A model generated the notes under the pieces. That model was not told where the DNA came from. It did no database searches and worked only from the letters and a program-made list of their open reading frames with translations. Made by a program: the position numbers and the translations under genes. DNA of 64,000 nt from Candidatus Daviesbacteria bacterium. GTDB lineage: Bacteria; Patescibacteriota; Microgenomatia; Daviesbacterales; UBA10151. The stretch is taken from assembly GCA_028712705.1 (NCBI GenBank), contig JAQTPP010000001.1, positions 17,521 through 81,520 on the forward strand, in the 5' to 3' direction. Below are positions 50,889 through 62,274 of the stretch, piece after piece (the first letter of the stretch is position 1; every line of letters begins with the position of its first letter).

Positions 50889-52095
50889 AGCTAAAATAAA
50901 AGATAAGGAATAATACGAAACTCAGGAATGAAATAAGTGAGAAAATTTTAAAATTATTGATTAAATAATTTACCGGTAAATTAGTGATTTGGAGGCGATT
51001 ATTGTAATAAGCGTAGGGTATATATATATTCAATAAATATAAGCCTGACATAAAGAAATAGAAAATAATTAATATTTTAGATCTTAACATAGTTGCTGCG
51101 AGCAGCAGAAATGGGAAGAATAGAAAAAGATAACGCTCATGCACTCGAGTAAGAAGCATAAAAGAGGCCATAATTGTAATTGCTGTTGTTAGATAAAAAT
51201 ATGGTGACTTAAACTTTAGACGGAATGGTTTGGAGAATAAAATAAGTGTAAGGATTGTAAACAAAAATATAATTCTCCAGTATACATATGGGATTGTGAT
51301 AAAAGTTTGTAAATCGTTCTGCCAATTACCAAAAATACCCCAAAAATTAAATGCAAAACAGCTGGTGCAATTAAAAAGACCGGCCGAATTTTGATTAACA
51401 TAAAGCAATCCAAAGAAAGGATTAGTTGGGAAAAATGGGAAATAGATTAAAAAAAGAGTTACTAAGAAAATGAAAAAACTACGCAACCATTCTAAGGGTT
51501 TAGTTCTTAATATGATGAGAAGTCCAAGTAAAGGAATAAATACGATAGCCTGCGGTTTGAACGTAAAGGCAATAGCTGCAAAACAACTTGAAATTCCCGG
51601 GGCTTTTTTAATTAATATTGAGTAAGTTGAGAGCAACAAGAAAAATACAGCAATTCCGTTATATTGGCCAAAAACAGCCGATTCTGAAATAATTGCAGGA
51701 TTAAAAGCATACAAAGTAAAGCCAAATAGAGCCGAGCGTTCGCTGAATTTTCTTTTTATGATTAGATAAATTAATACGGCTGATGCAAGATCAGCTATGT
51801 TAGCAGGAAGTTTTAAGAGTAAATCAAAGTGTTGATTACTTTGGAAAAAAACCGAATGCGACAAAAGATAAGTTTTAATCGAACCGATGATCCAAAGGAT
51901 ATATAAAAAACCAACCGGATTATTAGTAAAAGCTTGTTTTGAATAAAATTGCGCAGGTCCGAGTTCTGCGAGCCGGATACTCCAAAAGCGAAAAGCATTT
52001 TGGTCGTACTCAAAGGCAGGTAAGAAAGAAAGCATCATTCGTACCGCGAATGCTAAGCATAAAAGATAGAGTAATTTTTTCTTCGAATGTTTCAT
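50863..52095 (-). CDS. GT-C glycosyltransferase (GT87/ALG6-like)
   Basis: Multi-TM; FNPA.I..SA..GQ, KPQ, HERY motifs. Confidence 0.75.
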   Translation of the reverse strand: MKHSKKKLLYLLCLAFAVRMMLSFLPAFEYDQNAFRFWSIRLAELGPAQFYSKQAFTNNPVGFLYILWIIGSIKTYLLSHSVFFQSNQHFDLLLKLPANIADLASAVLIYLIIKRKFSERSALFGFTLYAFNPAIISESAVFGQYNGIAVFFLLLSTYSILIKKAPGISSCFAAIAFTFKPQAIVFIPLLGLLIILRTKPLEWLRSFFIFLVTLFLIYFPFFPTNPFFGLLYVNQNSAGLFNCTSCFAFNFWGIFGNWQNDLQTFITIPYVYWRIIFLFTILTLILFSKPFRLKFKSPYFYLTTAITIMASFMLLTRVHERYLFLFFPFLLLAATMLRSKILIIFYFFMSGLYLLNIYIPYAYYNNRLQITNLPVNYLINNFKIFSLISFLSFVLFLIFYFSYVKQNQNT

Positions 52096-52121
52096 TTGGA
52101 TGGTTATAGTAGAATTATACA

Positions 52122-53260
52122 GTGAGGAATACGGTATATGAAGTGTTTGTGCGTCATAAGACTCCGATATTAATTGCATTAATTAGTGAAATAATAATTT
52201 TATTCTTTTTTGGCCGATTATCAGCCATTCTTTTTCCTCAATCCAGAGCAGCTGTTTTGAATATATGGGATTTATGGAACGTTTGGGATGCTCCGCACTA
52301 TATATCAATTGCTGCACATGGTTATCAAACTATAGGTGATGAAGCGAATTTTATTGTTTTTTTACCTGCCTTACCTCTGTCAATTTTTATATCTAAACTC
52401 ATTTTTCAAACAAACTATTTAATTTCCGGCTATATCGCTGCGTTTATAATAATAATGTTTCTTGCAGTTATGCTTTATAAATTGACCTTACTGGATTATC
52501 CGAAAAAAACTGCAATGTTAGCAATTCTAATGCTATTTATATTTCCGACTTCTTTTTTTCTGCATATTCCGTATTCTGAATCCTTATTGGTATTGCTGGC
52601 AGTTGCAGCATTTTATTTTGTCAGAAAAAAATATTATTGGAGAAGCTTTTTATGTATAGGTTTAGCAACTGCAACTAAAATCGCAGGATTGGCATTAATT
52701 CCAGCTATATTTTTGGAGATTTTAATTTTTGATAGAGATAATTTTAGTAGTAAAAATATTTTTAATAAAGCATCTTTTATATTTTTTGGATCGGCACTCT
52801 CTTTATCGGGTTTCTTAATATATTTATTTATAAATTATTTCTTCTGGGGAGATTTCTGGTATTTCATCTTTATTCAAAAGCATCATTGGTTTGAAAATTT
52901 TTCTCCTTTCGGACAAGGATTAATTAGTGCTTATCAGAGCTTATTTTGGAGAGCTGGTATGGAAAAAATAATGCTTGGATATGCACAAATTGTGGCATTT
53001 ATTTTTGCATTGTTTATGTCTATTTATGTTTTGTTCAAAGTGAGAATTAGTTATGGAATTTTTATGCTTATAGATTTATTTTTTTCATATTCAATGAGTT
53101 TTTGGATAAGTATGCCCCGTCATATACTTACATTATTTCCTATGTATATAGCGCTTGCCTTATTTTCTAATAATTTAATTTTTAGATATTTCTGGATAAT
53201 AATCTCTGTTATCTTACTATTAATCCTTACATTTAGTTTCATGCAGTATGGTCCTGTTTT

Positions 53261-53264
<4 letters not shown>
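52122..53264 (+). CDS. PIG-V-like mannosyltransferase (GT-C)
   Basis: WDAPHY..IA..GY, FLPALP, YSESL motifs; multi-TM. Confidence 0.8.
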
Positions 53265-54229
<965 letters not shown>

Positions 54230-54236
54230 CCTATTA

Positions 54237-55205
54237 ATGCCACAAAAAATAGATATTTCTCATCGGACGGTTATATTTACAGCCATTTTCATTTTAGCCC
54301 TTTGGATTACTTATTTAATCCGTGATCTTTTAATAATTTTATTTGTTGCGCTTATTTTTGTATCAGCGCTTTCCCCTTTGGTAAAAATTTTTATTAAATT
54401 AAGATTACCGAAAGTCTTAAGTATCGCCATAACCTATATTGTTATAGTAGCCGCTATAGTAAGTCTGGTTATCAGTATCGTGCCTCCTTTGATTGAACAA
54501 AGCACGAAATTAGTAATAACTGCCCCGGGGTTATTAGCACAGTTTTTTAACATTACAAATTTAGATAAATCTGTTTTTTCATCAGAACTAACCTCCCTTT
54601 CGAAAAATCTATTTTCGATTACCCTCTCGGTTTTTGATAATTTACTGGCAATAATTTTTTTATTAGTTATAACTTTCTATATGCTGCTGGAACAGGACGG
54701 TCTCGAAAATCGGTTTTCGTCTTTATTTAAAGGTAAAGAAGAAAGGATAAGAAGATCGATTGTAAAAATTGAAGAAAAATTAGGAGCTTGGCTGCGGGGA
54801 CAATTAATTTTAAGTTTGATTATAGGTGTTCTGTCTTATATTGGCTTAACTATTCTGAATATTCCTTATGCTCTGCCTCTTGCTATGGTGGCCGGGATTA
54901 TGGAGGTAGTACCTGTTATTGGTCCAATAGTGTCAGCACTGCCTGCCATTTTTCTCGCATTGACATTCTCTCCGGTTTTAAGTGTGGGAGTTGCAGTAAT
55001 GTTTCTATTAATTCAACAACTGGAAAATCATCTGATTGTGCCGCAGGTAATGAAGAGAGCAGTTGGCCTAAATCCTTTGGTAGTAATTTTAGCAATCGCT
55101 ATCGGAGGCAGATTACTTGGAATTGCGGGCGCGCTGCTGGCGGTACCAATGGCAGTAGTGGTGCAGATAATCGCGGCAGAGATAATTGAAGGTGATAAAA
55201 ATTAG
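54237..55205 (+). CDS. AI-2E family transporter
   Basis: WLRGQ, VP.IGP, QQLENHLIVP, G.LLAVP. Confidence 0.92.
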   Translation: MPQKIDISHRTVIFTAIFILALWITYLIRDLLIILFVALIFVSALSPLVKIFIKLRLPKVLSIAITYIVIVAAIVSLVISIVPPLIEQSTKLVITAPGLLAQFFNITNLDKSVFSSELTSLSKNLFSITLSVFDNLLAIIFLLVITFYMLLEQDGLENRFSSLFKGKEERIRRSIVKIEEKLGAWLRGQLILSLIIGVLSYIGLTILNIPYALPLAMVAGIMEVVPVIGPIVSALPAIFLALTFSPVLSVGVAVMFLLIQQLENHLIVPQVMKRAVGLNPLVVILAIAIGGRLLGIAGALLAVPMAVVVQIIAAEIIEGDKN

Positions 55206-55207
55206 TG

Positions 55208-55475
55208 CCTAGGAAACTAGTAAGCCAGATTCTGTTATTAGATAATCATTTATCTGATGCTCCTGATTTCAACAATTGAGCAAGCAGCTCTGTTGGTTCT
55301 AGGATTGCAGCGGGGAGGATTGCCACGTTTCACCCGAGCATTATCTCGGTTCGTCACTGTTGCTCTAACTAGGCCTTACGGCTGTCCGCTTGCGCGAGAC
55401 CACCCTGCTTTGCGCTGTCTGGACTTTCCTCTACGTTCATGTAAACTGAATGTAGCGATTATCCTTCTTCCTAGG
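55208..55475 (-). ncRNA. rnpB: RNase P RNA (compact, about 268 nt)
   Basis: Reverse complement has GAGGAAAGTCC (P4 5') and ACAGAATCTGGCTTA (P4 3'); terminal CCTAGGAA/TTCCTAGG P1. Confidence 0.92.
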
Positions 55476-55516
55476 CTTTTATATTTTACTATATAATGAT
55501 TCTGGGATCAAATTAG

Positions 55517-57076
55517 ATGCTTGCAAAAATAATCTCTGCTACGAATATTGGACTGGATGCAAATTTAGTCATTTGCGAAGTAGATATTTCTCAACAAGGA
55601 TTGCCTAGTTTTACGATAGTAGGACTTGGCGATAGGGCGGTAGAAGAAAGTAAAGAAAGGGTGCGAGCAGCATTTAGAAATTCTGGCGCAGATTTTCCTC
55701 TTCATAGAATTACTGTCAATTTAGCTCCGGCTGACATGCCAAAAGAAGGACCTGCTTATGATTTGCCTATTGCTTTGGGATTGCTTTTGGCATCAGGTCA
55801 AATAGCTAATACGGAAAAATTGGATTTTGCCAAAACTTTAATCGTAGGAGAATTATCGCTAGACGGAAATTTACGAAAAATTAACGGAGTACTCCCTTTG
55901 GCAATACTAGCAAAAGAGCAAGGGATTAAACATATTGTTGTGCCGGAGGGGAATGGTCCGGAGGCAGCAATTATCGAAGATTTGAAAGTTGTAGCCCCTA
56001 ATTCACTGCAACAGCTGATGAGGTTTTTACTGGGACAGGAAGATTTGAGGAGTGTCCGGAAACCTGCTTTAAATCTGGAAGTAAATTTATCTTATGAATA
56101 TGATTTTGCAGATATAAAAGGACAAGAGCAGGCAAAAAGGGCTTTGGAAATTGCTGCAGCAGGAGGACACAATATTCTATTGAAAGGACCTCCCGGAGCA
56201 GGAAAAACTATGCTGGCCCGGAGTTTTCCATCGATCTTGCCGCCGTTAACTTTTGATGAAGCAATAGAAGTAACAAAAATTTATTCTGTAGCAGGACTTT
56301 TAAATACAAATAATTCACTTATAACTATTCGGCCTTTCCGCTGTCCTCATCATAGCGCATCATATGTTGGATTGCTTGGAGGAGGGAACATGATACGTCC
56401 AGGTGAAATTTCACTTTCACATAGGGGTGTTTTGTTCCTGGATGAGGTGGCAGAATTTCCTCGTCAGAGTTTGGAAAGTTTACGGCAACCCCTAGAAGAT
56501 CATTGTATTACAATTTCCAGAGCATCAGGATCTATAAAACTTCCCGCACAGTTTATTCTATTTGCTGCCCAAAATCCCTGTCCTTGCGGTTTTTTAGGTG
56601 ATAAAAAAAGAGTTTGTGCATGTATGCCCGGGCAAATTGCTAAGTATAAACGTAGAATTTCCGGCCCTTTCTTAGATAGAATCGATATTTATCTGGAAGT
56701 ACCTGCGGTTGAAGTTGAGAAACTATCATCGGATTTAAAGGTTGAAAGCTCCATGGTAATTAGAAACAGGGTCGAAGCGGCAAGAAAGATTCAACAGGAA
56801 AGATTCCAACCAAAGGTTGGTCGTTCTGTGGACGGTAAAATTAAGATTCTTACTAATTCGGAAATGAATAATAACGATATTAAAGCATATTGTGTTTTAA
56901 CCCGGGAAGGTTTGGAACTATTGAAAATGGCTGTTTCTTCGCTTAATCTATCTGCCCGTGGTTATCATAGGGTGCTTAAACTCGGAAGGACAATTGCAGA
57001 TTTGGCAGGGGTAGAAAATATCCAAGCTGAACACATAGCCGAAGCTTTGCAATACCGCTCAAGGGATGATCTTTAA
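55517..57076 (+). CDS. comM: ComM/YifB Mg-chelatase-like AAA+ helicase
   Basis: ITVNLAPAD, GPPGAGKT, GVLFLDE, NPCPCG, ISGPFLDRID. Confidence 0.95.
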   Translation: MLAKIISATNIGLDANLVICEVDISQQGLPSFTIVGLGDRAVEESKERVRAAFRNSGADFPLHRITVNLAPADMPKEGPAYDLPIALGLLLASGQIANTEKLDFAKTLIVGELSLDGNLRKINGVLPLAILAKEQGIKHIVVPEGNGPEAAIIEDLKVVAPNSLQQLMRFLLGQEDLRSVRKPALNLEVNLSYEYDFADIKGQEQAKRALEIAAAGGHNILLKGPPGAGKTMLARSFPSILPPLTFDEAIEVTKIYSVAGLLNTNNSLITIRPFRCPHHSASYVGLLGGGNMIRPGEISLSHRGVLFLDEVAEFPRQSLESLRQPLEDHCITISRASGSIKLPAQFILFAAQNPCPCGFLGDKKRVCACMPGQIAKYKRRISGPFLDRIDIYLEVPAVEVEKLSSDLKVESSMVIRNRVEAARKIQQERFQPKVGRSVDGKIKILTNSEMNNNDIKAYCVLTREGLELLKMAVSSLNLSARGYHRVLKLGRTIADLAGVENIQAEHIAEALQYRSRDDL

Positions 57077-57080
57077 TTAC

Positions 57081-57161
57081 AAAAAATCCCACTTGTCCGG
57101 TTACACCAGATTTTGCGGGATTTTTCGAAATGGTGAAACCCCCGATCAAATCGGGGACACC
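57081..57161. terminator. Hairpins between convergent genes (probable bidirectional terminator)
   Basis: AAAAAATCCC...GGGATTTTT and GGTG..CCCCGAT-CAA-ATCGGGG..CACC. Confidence 0.55.
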
Positions 57162-57167
57162 GATTTT

Positions 57168-57305
57168 TTAGCCGCCGATTCGAAACATTGAGGTACCACA
57201 GACAGGGCAAGTACCTTTCGAGGCCTTTTTACCATTTTTCATGGTTACTTCTTGCACATTTTCTGCGTCCCTTTTTGTTCGGCATTTGACACAATACATT
57301 TGCAT
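57168..57305 (-). CDS. DUF5679 zinc-ribbon protein (not in ORF track)
   Basis: Own translation: MQMYCVKCRTKRDAENVQEVTMKNGKKASKGTCPVCGTSMFRIGG; strong SD AAAGGGGGTGA. Confidence 0.88.
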   Translation of the reverse strand: MQMYCVKCRTKRDAENVQEVTMKNGKKASKGTCPVCGTSMFRIGG

Positions 57306-57325
57306 GAGTTTAATTTCACCCCCTT

Positions 57326-57646
57326 TCAAAAAAAATTTAAAGTCAGAACATTATTTTTTACAAGCAAAAATAAAATAACTTCTGCGCCTATTGTGCAGGA
57401 TGCAAACAGTAGAATTTTGAGTAAATCCTGGTGCAGATAGGTAATATCGGTAGCGGTAGAATAGTTGTTAACCCTCAGTTGCTCGCCTCGCGAAGCGGAT
57501 CCATCAGTCCGATCTAATTGGGATAGCTGATAACTGTGGGTTGCCGAAGGGGAAGAAGATTGATTATTCCCACCATAAACTTGTCTGCGAAGTAGTTGTA
57601 AGCGTTTTTCAAGATCTGATTGTTTCTTACTTAGTTGAATAGCCAT
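57326..57646 (-). CDS. Hypothetical protein with C-terminal TM
   Basis: 106-aa ORF; upstream TTGACA-17-TAGGCT promoter on the minus strand. Confidence 0.7.
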   Translation of the reverse strand: MAIQLSKKQSDLEKRLQLLRRQVYGGNNQSSSPSATHSYQLSQLDRTDGSASRGEQLRVNNYSTATDITYLHQDLLKILLFASCTIGAEVILFLLVKNNVLTLNFF

Positions 57647-57817
57647 GACTTTGAATTCTTACGCGTGAGTTGAGCCTAGCACGATACGATGAGCCTGTCA
57701 AGCACCAATTGAATCTAAAACTACAGGTCATTTTTATATTTATGCAGAATGCGACTTAAAAGTAACTTTGTTAATTGACAAAATTTGTTAAGGTAGGGTA
57801 TATTTAAAGAGTAACTT

Positions 57818-58282
57818 ATGTATTCGGATTGGGTTATTCCCGCAGCTGCGGGCGTTTTGTTGTTTTGGCTTGGAACTTTAAGTTTTTTAATCTGGAGACA
57901 GAATAAGTTTATAACATCACTTTTTCCAAAATCAGGAGAAAGAGATATCAGGAAAAAATTTGAAGAGATCGCAAAAACGGTTGAGGGTTTTAAGAATGAA
58001 TTATCTGGTTTGGATGATAGGATTGAAGCAATAAGGCTTAAGGAGTTGCAACATGTACAAAGAGTGGAACTTTTACGCTTCAACCCTTATGATGAAACAG
58101 GAGGGAATATAAGTTTTACGGCTTGTTTTTTGGATAATAAAGGATCGGGGATTGTGGTAACAAGTTTACATGCGAGAAACGGAACCAGGGTATTTGGTAA
58201 AGAGATAGTTTCAGGAAAAAGTCTTAAATATGAGTTATCAAAAGAAGAAGAAGCGGTGATTAAAAAAGCAATGGAGAAGTAA
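57818..58282 (+). CDS. DUF4446 family membrane protein
   Basis: TM, coiled coil, RFNPY...GG..SF....LD....G.V.TSLH.R..TR...K. Confidence 0.8.
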   Translation: MYSDWVIPAAAGVLLFWLGTLSFLIWRQNKFITSLFPKSGERDIRKKFEEIAKTVEGFKNELSGLDDRIEAIRLKELQHVQRVELLRFNPYDETGGNISFTACFLDNKGSGIVVTSLHARNGTRVFGKEIVSGKSLKYELSKEEEAVIKKAMEK

Positions 58283-59466
58283 TGAAAAATATTCTAAACA
58301 TATTCAATAGTTTAACAAATTTACAAAAAATTTTAAGTTTGATTATTTTGGGAGTTATAATATACGGCGGTTCGGCGAGCATTTCTTATTCTTTGTTTAG
58401 AGCAATTTCCCGTCCGGTTGTTCCTGGTAAACAGGCTGCAGCTCCTACACTTCCTTCTCCCACATCTGCCTTTATTGAAGATCCGAATGAGCCTAAAACC
58501 GAAAGTTGTCCATTAAACGGCAGGAAGCACACCAAAAAAGCCAAAGATTTCTGGGATAAAAGACGGCCTCTTGCCGTGATGGTTGAAAATCATACAGAGG
58601 CAAGACCTCAGTCGGGGTTATCTTCTGCCGATGTGGTGTATGAGGCAGTTGCCGAAGGCGGAATCACCAGGTTTATGGCGCTATATTATTGCAATCTCTC
58701 GGATATTCAAGTCGGACCTGTCAGGTCGGCAAGGACTTACTATCTGGATTGGTTAAGTGAATATGACGCGCTATATGCGCATGTCGGAGGAGCTAATACT
58801 CCTGGTCCGGCTGATGCGCTCGGGCAGATTATTAAGTATGGAACTAAAGATTTAAACCAATTTAGCATAGGGTTCCCTGTTTTTTGGAGAGATTATCAAA
58901 GACTGGGTCATTCGGTTGCGACAGAACACACAATGTATTCTACAACGGCTAAGCTTTGGGAAGTAGGCGCAAAAAGAGGTTGGACCGCTACCGATTCGGC
59001 AGGAGTGAGATGGGACAAGAATTTTGTTCCCTGGAAATTTAAGGATGACAAAGGCGGAGGCGGAGTAACAAATATAAAGGTTAATTTCTGGGAATCCCAG
59101 CCGGGGTATGATGTAAACTGGATTTATGATGCAGCTACCAATTCTTACAAGAGGAAGAATGGCGGATCGGATCATATGGATTTGGACAATAATATGCAGC
59201 TCTCTGCAAAAAATATCGTTGTCCAGTTCGAGAGAGAATCAAATGCTAATGATGGTTATCCAGGGAACGTTCATCTGCTGTATGGAACTGTTGGCAGCGG
59301 TAAAGCATTAATTCTTCAGGATGGAAATGCAATAGAAGGCAAATGGATTAAAGCAAACCGTCTGGCCAGAACGAAATATGTTGATAGCAGCGGTAAAGAG
59401 ATACAATTCAATGGAGGTCAAATTTGGATTCAAACTGTCCCGGAGGGATCAAAAGTAAGTTACTAA
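58282..59466 (+). CDS. DUF3048 (YerB-like) secreted protein
   Basis: RPLAVMVEN...ARPQSGL..AD.VYE..AEGGITR, GPVRSAR. Confidence 0.88.
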   Translation: MKNILNIFNSLTNLQKILSLIILGVIIYGGSASISYSLFRAISRPVVPGKQAAAPTLPSPTSAFIEDPNEPKTESCPLNGRKHTKKAKDFWDKRRPLAVMVENHTEARPQSGLSSADVVYEAVAEGGITRFMALYYCNLSDIQVGPVRSARTYYLDWLSEYDALYAHVGGANTPGPADALGQIIKYGTKDLNQFSIGFPVFWRDYQRLGHSVATEHTMYSTTAKLWEVGAKRGWTATDSAGVRWDKNFVPWKFKDDKGGGGVTNIKVNFWESQPGYDVNWIYDAATNSYKRKNGGSDHMDLDNNMQLSAKNIVVQFERESNANDGYPGNVHLLYGTVGSGKALILQDGNAIEGKWIKANRLARTKYVDSSGKEIQFNGGQIWIQTVPEGSKVSY

Positions 59467-59496
59467 CCAAAACTTCTGCCCGGAAAGGAGGTTAAA

Positions 59497-60087
59497 ATGC
59501 TTGAGGAGTTATTTATCTCAAGAGTCCGGGTAAAAATATTGCAACTTTTTTTATCTTCGCCTCAAGATTCGCTTTTTCATGTTCGTGAAATAGTTCGAAG
59601 AGTTTCAGAGGAAATTAATGCTGTCCGCAGGGAGCTTGCCAGGATGGAAAAATATGATATGGTTTCATCGGAATGGCGGGCAAATAGAAGACTGTATCGA
59701 TTCAGAAGGGACTTTATCTATTATAAAGAACTTTTAGCATTAGTTGCTAAGACAACAGGGTTAGGTGGAAATTTGATAAAAAACAAACACAGTCTTGGGA
59801 AGATAAAATTCGCTTTCATATCAACAAAATTTTTGAAAGGTAATTTGGCTACGACAGAAGATGTTAATGTTTTAATTGTTGGAAATGTTGTGTTGCCGGA
59901 GCTGCAAGCTATTATCGCTGACGAACAAGCAAAAAGAGAAACAGAAATAAACTATTCCTTTATGGATGAAGCAGAATTTAAGTTTAGAGTAAAAAGACGG
60001 GATCCGTTTATTTTAAGAGTGCTGGTTCAACCCAAAGTTATGTTGATCGGAGACGAGGATGAGTTATTGGAAGGGATTATTATTTGA
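59497..60087 (+). CDS. wHTH + nucleotidyltransferase-like domain protein
   Basis: HVREIVR...EEINAVRREL HTH; C-terminal DVNVLIVG strand. Confidence 0.7.
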   Translation: MLEELFISRVRVKILQLFLSSPQDSLFHVREIVRRVSEEINAVRRELARMEKYDMVSSEWRANRRLYRFRRDFIYYKELLALVAKTTGLGGNLIKNKHSLGKIKFAFISTKFLKGNLATTEDVNVLIVGNVVLPELQAIIADEQAKRETEINYSFMDEAEFKFRVKRRDPFILRVLVQPKVMLIGDEDELLEGIII

Positions 60088-60089
60088 GC

Positions 60090-61400
60090 ATGAGGTCAAG
60101 ATATTTGCTTTGGATTATTGTCATTCTCCTTTTCTTTGCTGTTTTGATAGATCTTCCGGTTTCACCGACGATTAAAATACTAAATAAAAATTTGACTATT
60201 AATTTTCCCCTTAAACTGGGATTGGATCTGCAAGGCGGAACGGAAGTTATTTTGGAAACTCAGATGGATAAGATTGATCCCCAAAACAAAGACAGCGCTT
60301 TAGAATCGGCAAAAAACGTTATAGAAAGAAGAGTCAATTTATACGGTGTTTCAGAAGCTGTGGTGCAAACATCTAAACTGGGGGAGCAAAGAAGAATTTT
60401 GGTGGAACTGCCCGGATTAAAAGATGCTTCCGCTGCTGCTAATTTGGTGGGGAAAACAGCTCAATTGGATTTTCGGGAATTGCCCGCTAGCTTGTCTGCC
60501 CAGGAAATTGAAGCTACTAAATCAGGTATGCCGATACTAGCTTTTGCCAAACAGACCGGTTTAACCGGTGCTGATTTAAAGAAAGCTCAGGTTACTTTTG
60601 GAGGAAATCTAGGAGCAAAGAGTGGACCGCAAGTAGCAATTGAATTTACTACCGAGGGTGCTAAGAAATTTGCGGAAATCACCAGAAGGAATATAAATAG
60701 ACCCTTAGCTATATTCTTGGATAATGAACTTATTTCTGCCCCGAATGTTTCTCAAGAGATTGATGGAGGGAATGCCGTTATTACCGGACAATTTACAACT
60801 GAAGAGGCTAAAGATTTGGCTATTGAACTTAATGCCGGCGCGCTGCCTGTACCCATAAAATTAATCAGCCAGCATTTTGTCGGTCCCACGCTTGGTCAGG
60901 AATCAATTAATAAAAGTGTTGTTGCAGGAGTTATAGGACTTATGGTGGTTAGTCTATATATGGGAGCTTTTTATGGCACTTTAGGACTGGTTGCTGACGG
61001 CGCTTTAGTTATTTATGCACTTTTAGTGCTGGCAATTTTTAAGACCGGTTTTTTTATTCCGCAATTACAATTTACTCTGACTTTGGCAGGAATTGCCGGA
61101 TTTATATTATCAATTGGAATGGCGGTTGATGCCAACATTTTAATTTTCGAAAGAATGAAGGAGGAAATTCGTTGGGGGAAAACTAAACAGGTAGCTCTGG
61201 AGCTAGGATTTAAAAGAGCTTGGTCTTCAATTTGGGCGTCAAATGTTTCCTCGCTTTTGACCGCTATTATTCTTTATGGGATGGGGACGTCTTTGATCCG
61301 GGGCTTTGCCATAACTTTGGCAATTGGGGTTTTGGTTTCCATGTTTACAGCAGTTGTGGTGACCAGGACTTTTTTGAGATATTTAATACGAGATAAGTAA
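60090..61400 (+). CDS. secD: Protein translocase SecD
   Basis: LGLDLQGG, AGALPVP, VGPTLG, GMAVDANILIFER. Confidence 0.97.
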   Translation: MRSRYLLWIIVILLFFAVLIDLPVSPTIKILNKNLTINFPLKLGLDLQGGTEVILETQMDKIDPQNKDSALESAKNVIERRVNLYGVSEAVVQTSKLGEQRRILVELPGLKDASAAANLVGKTAQLDFRELPASLSAQEIEATKSGMPILAFAKQTGLTGADLKKAQVTFGGNLGAKSGPQVAIEFTTEGAKKFAEITRRNINRPLAIFLDNELISAPNVSQEIDGGNAVITGQFTTEEAKDLAIELNAGALPVPIKLISQHFVGPTLGQESINKSVVAGVIGLMVVSLYMGAFYGTLGLVADGALVIYALLVLAIFKTGFFIPQLQFTLTLAGIAGFILSIGMAVDANILIFERMKEEIRWGKTKQVALELGFKRAWSSIWASNVSSLLTAIILYGMGTSLIRGFAITLAIGVLVSMFTAVVVTRTFLRYLIRDK

Positions 61401-61401
61401 A

Positions 61402-62274
61402 ATGAACTTTACAAGTACGAGCCCGCATTATGAATATTTACGAAAAAAATGGACTGGTCGCCATCGCGCAATCCAAAATAAATTCTGGGAAAAACATAGT
61501 GAATCTTTGAAACATTTAGCGTTAGGTTCACTCGGAGGATTGATGTTGCTGGCTGCACCCCATCAGCCGCAATTGCTATCACAAAATTTAATCGTAAGCA
61601 GTAAAAGCGCACTTAAAGGTTTTGACCGGAATGTCCTACTTGCCAAAGTTTTATCTGATAATGTACCTCCGGAGGTTAGGTCGCTTTCCTCGCTAGAGGA
61701 AAAAAATATTACCGATATTTTATCTCGTAATCTTGGTTTTAAAGTAGTAGCGCAGCTTAATAATATAAGATTAAACAGGAATTATGGTTTAATAGGAGGA
61801 GAGCAGCATTTATACCGTTATCCGGGTGATAACTTATATGCTCATGCAGATGCCACATCTGATTGGGCGAATTATGGTGATGCAGGAATCGCTCCGGGAT
61901 TAGGCGCCTGGGGTTATTTCGCACCCTCAAAGGCAAGTTTTACGGAGACGGATAAACAGGAAGAACGTTATTATCTGGCAATACAAACATTCCTGGCTCC
62001 GGGTTTTGCGGAAAATTTTGCCAGATACAGAGATTTTTTTAAATTTAGAAAAATGCTGGTGGTAAATCCGAAGACCGGCCAGGCAGTTGTGGCAGTTATT
62101 GGTGATGCCGGTCCGGCAGAATGGACGGGTAAACATTTGGGAGGATCGCCAGAAGTAATGAATGCAATAGGTTTGGCAACCGGATCAAGAAAAGGCCCGG
62201 TATTGTATTTTTTTATAGACGATCCGGAGAATGAGCTGCCTTTAGGACCGGTTAGCGTCAGGAGCGAAGCATGA
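61402..62274 (+). CDS. Membrane-anchored hypothetical protein, possible DPBB/RlpA-like C-domain
   Basis: Hydrophobic segment near the N-terminus; VVNPKTGQAVVAVIGDAGP...SPEVM. Confidence 0.6.
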   Translation: MNFTSTSPHYEYLRKKWTGRHRAIQNKFWEKHSESLKHLALGSLGGLMLLAAPHQPQLLSQNLIVSSKSALKGFDRNVLLAKVLSDNVPPEVRSLSSLEEKNITDILSRNLGFKVVAQLNNIRLNRNYGLIGGEQHLYRYPGDNLYAHADATSDWANYGDAGIAPGLGAWGYFAPSKASFTETDKQEERYYLAIQTFLAPGFAENFARYRDFFKFRKMLVVNPKTGQAVVAVIGDAGPAEWTGKHLGGSPEVMNAIGLATGSRKGPVLYFFIDDPENELPLGPVSVRSEA

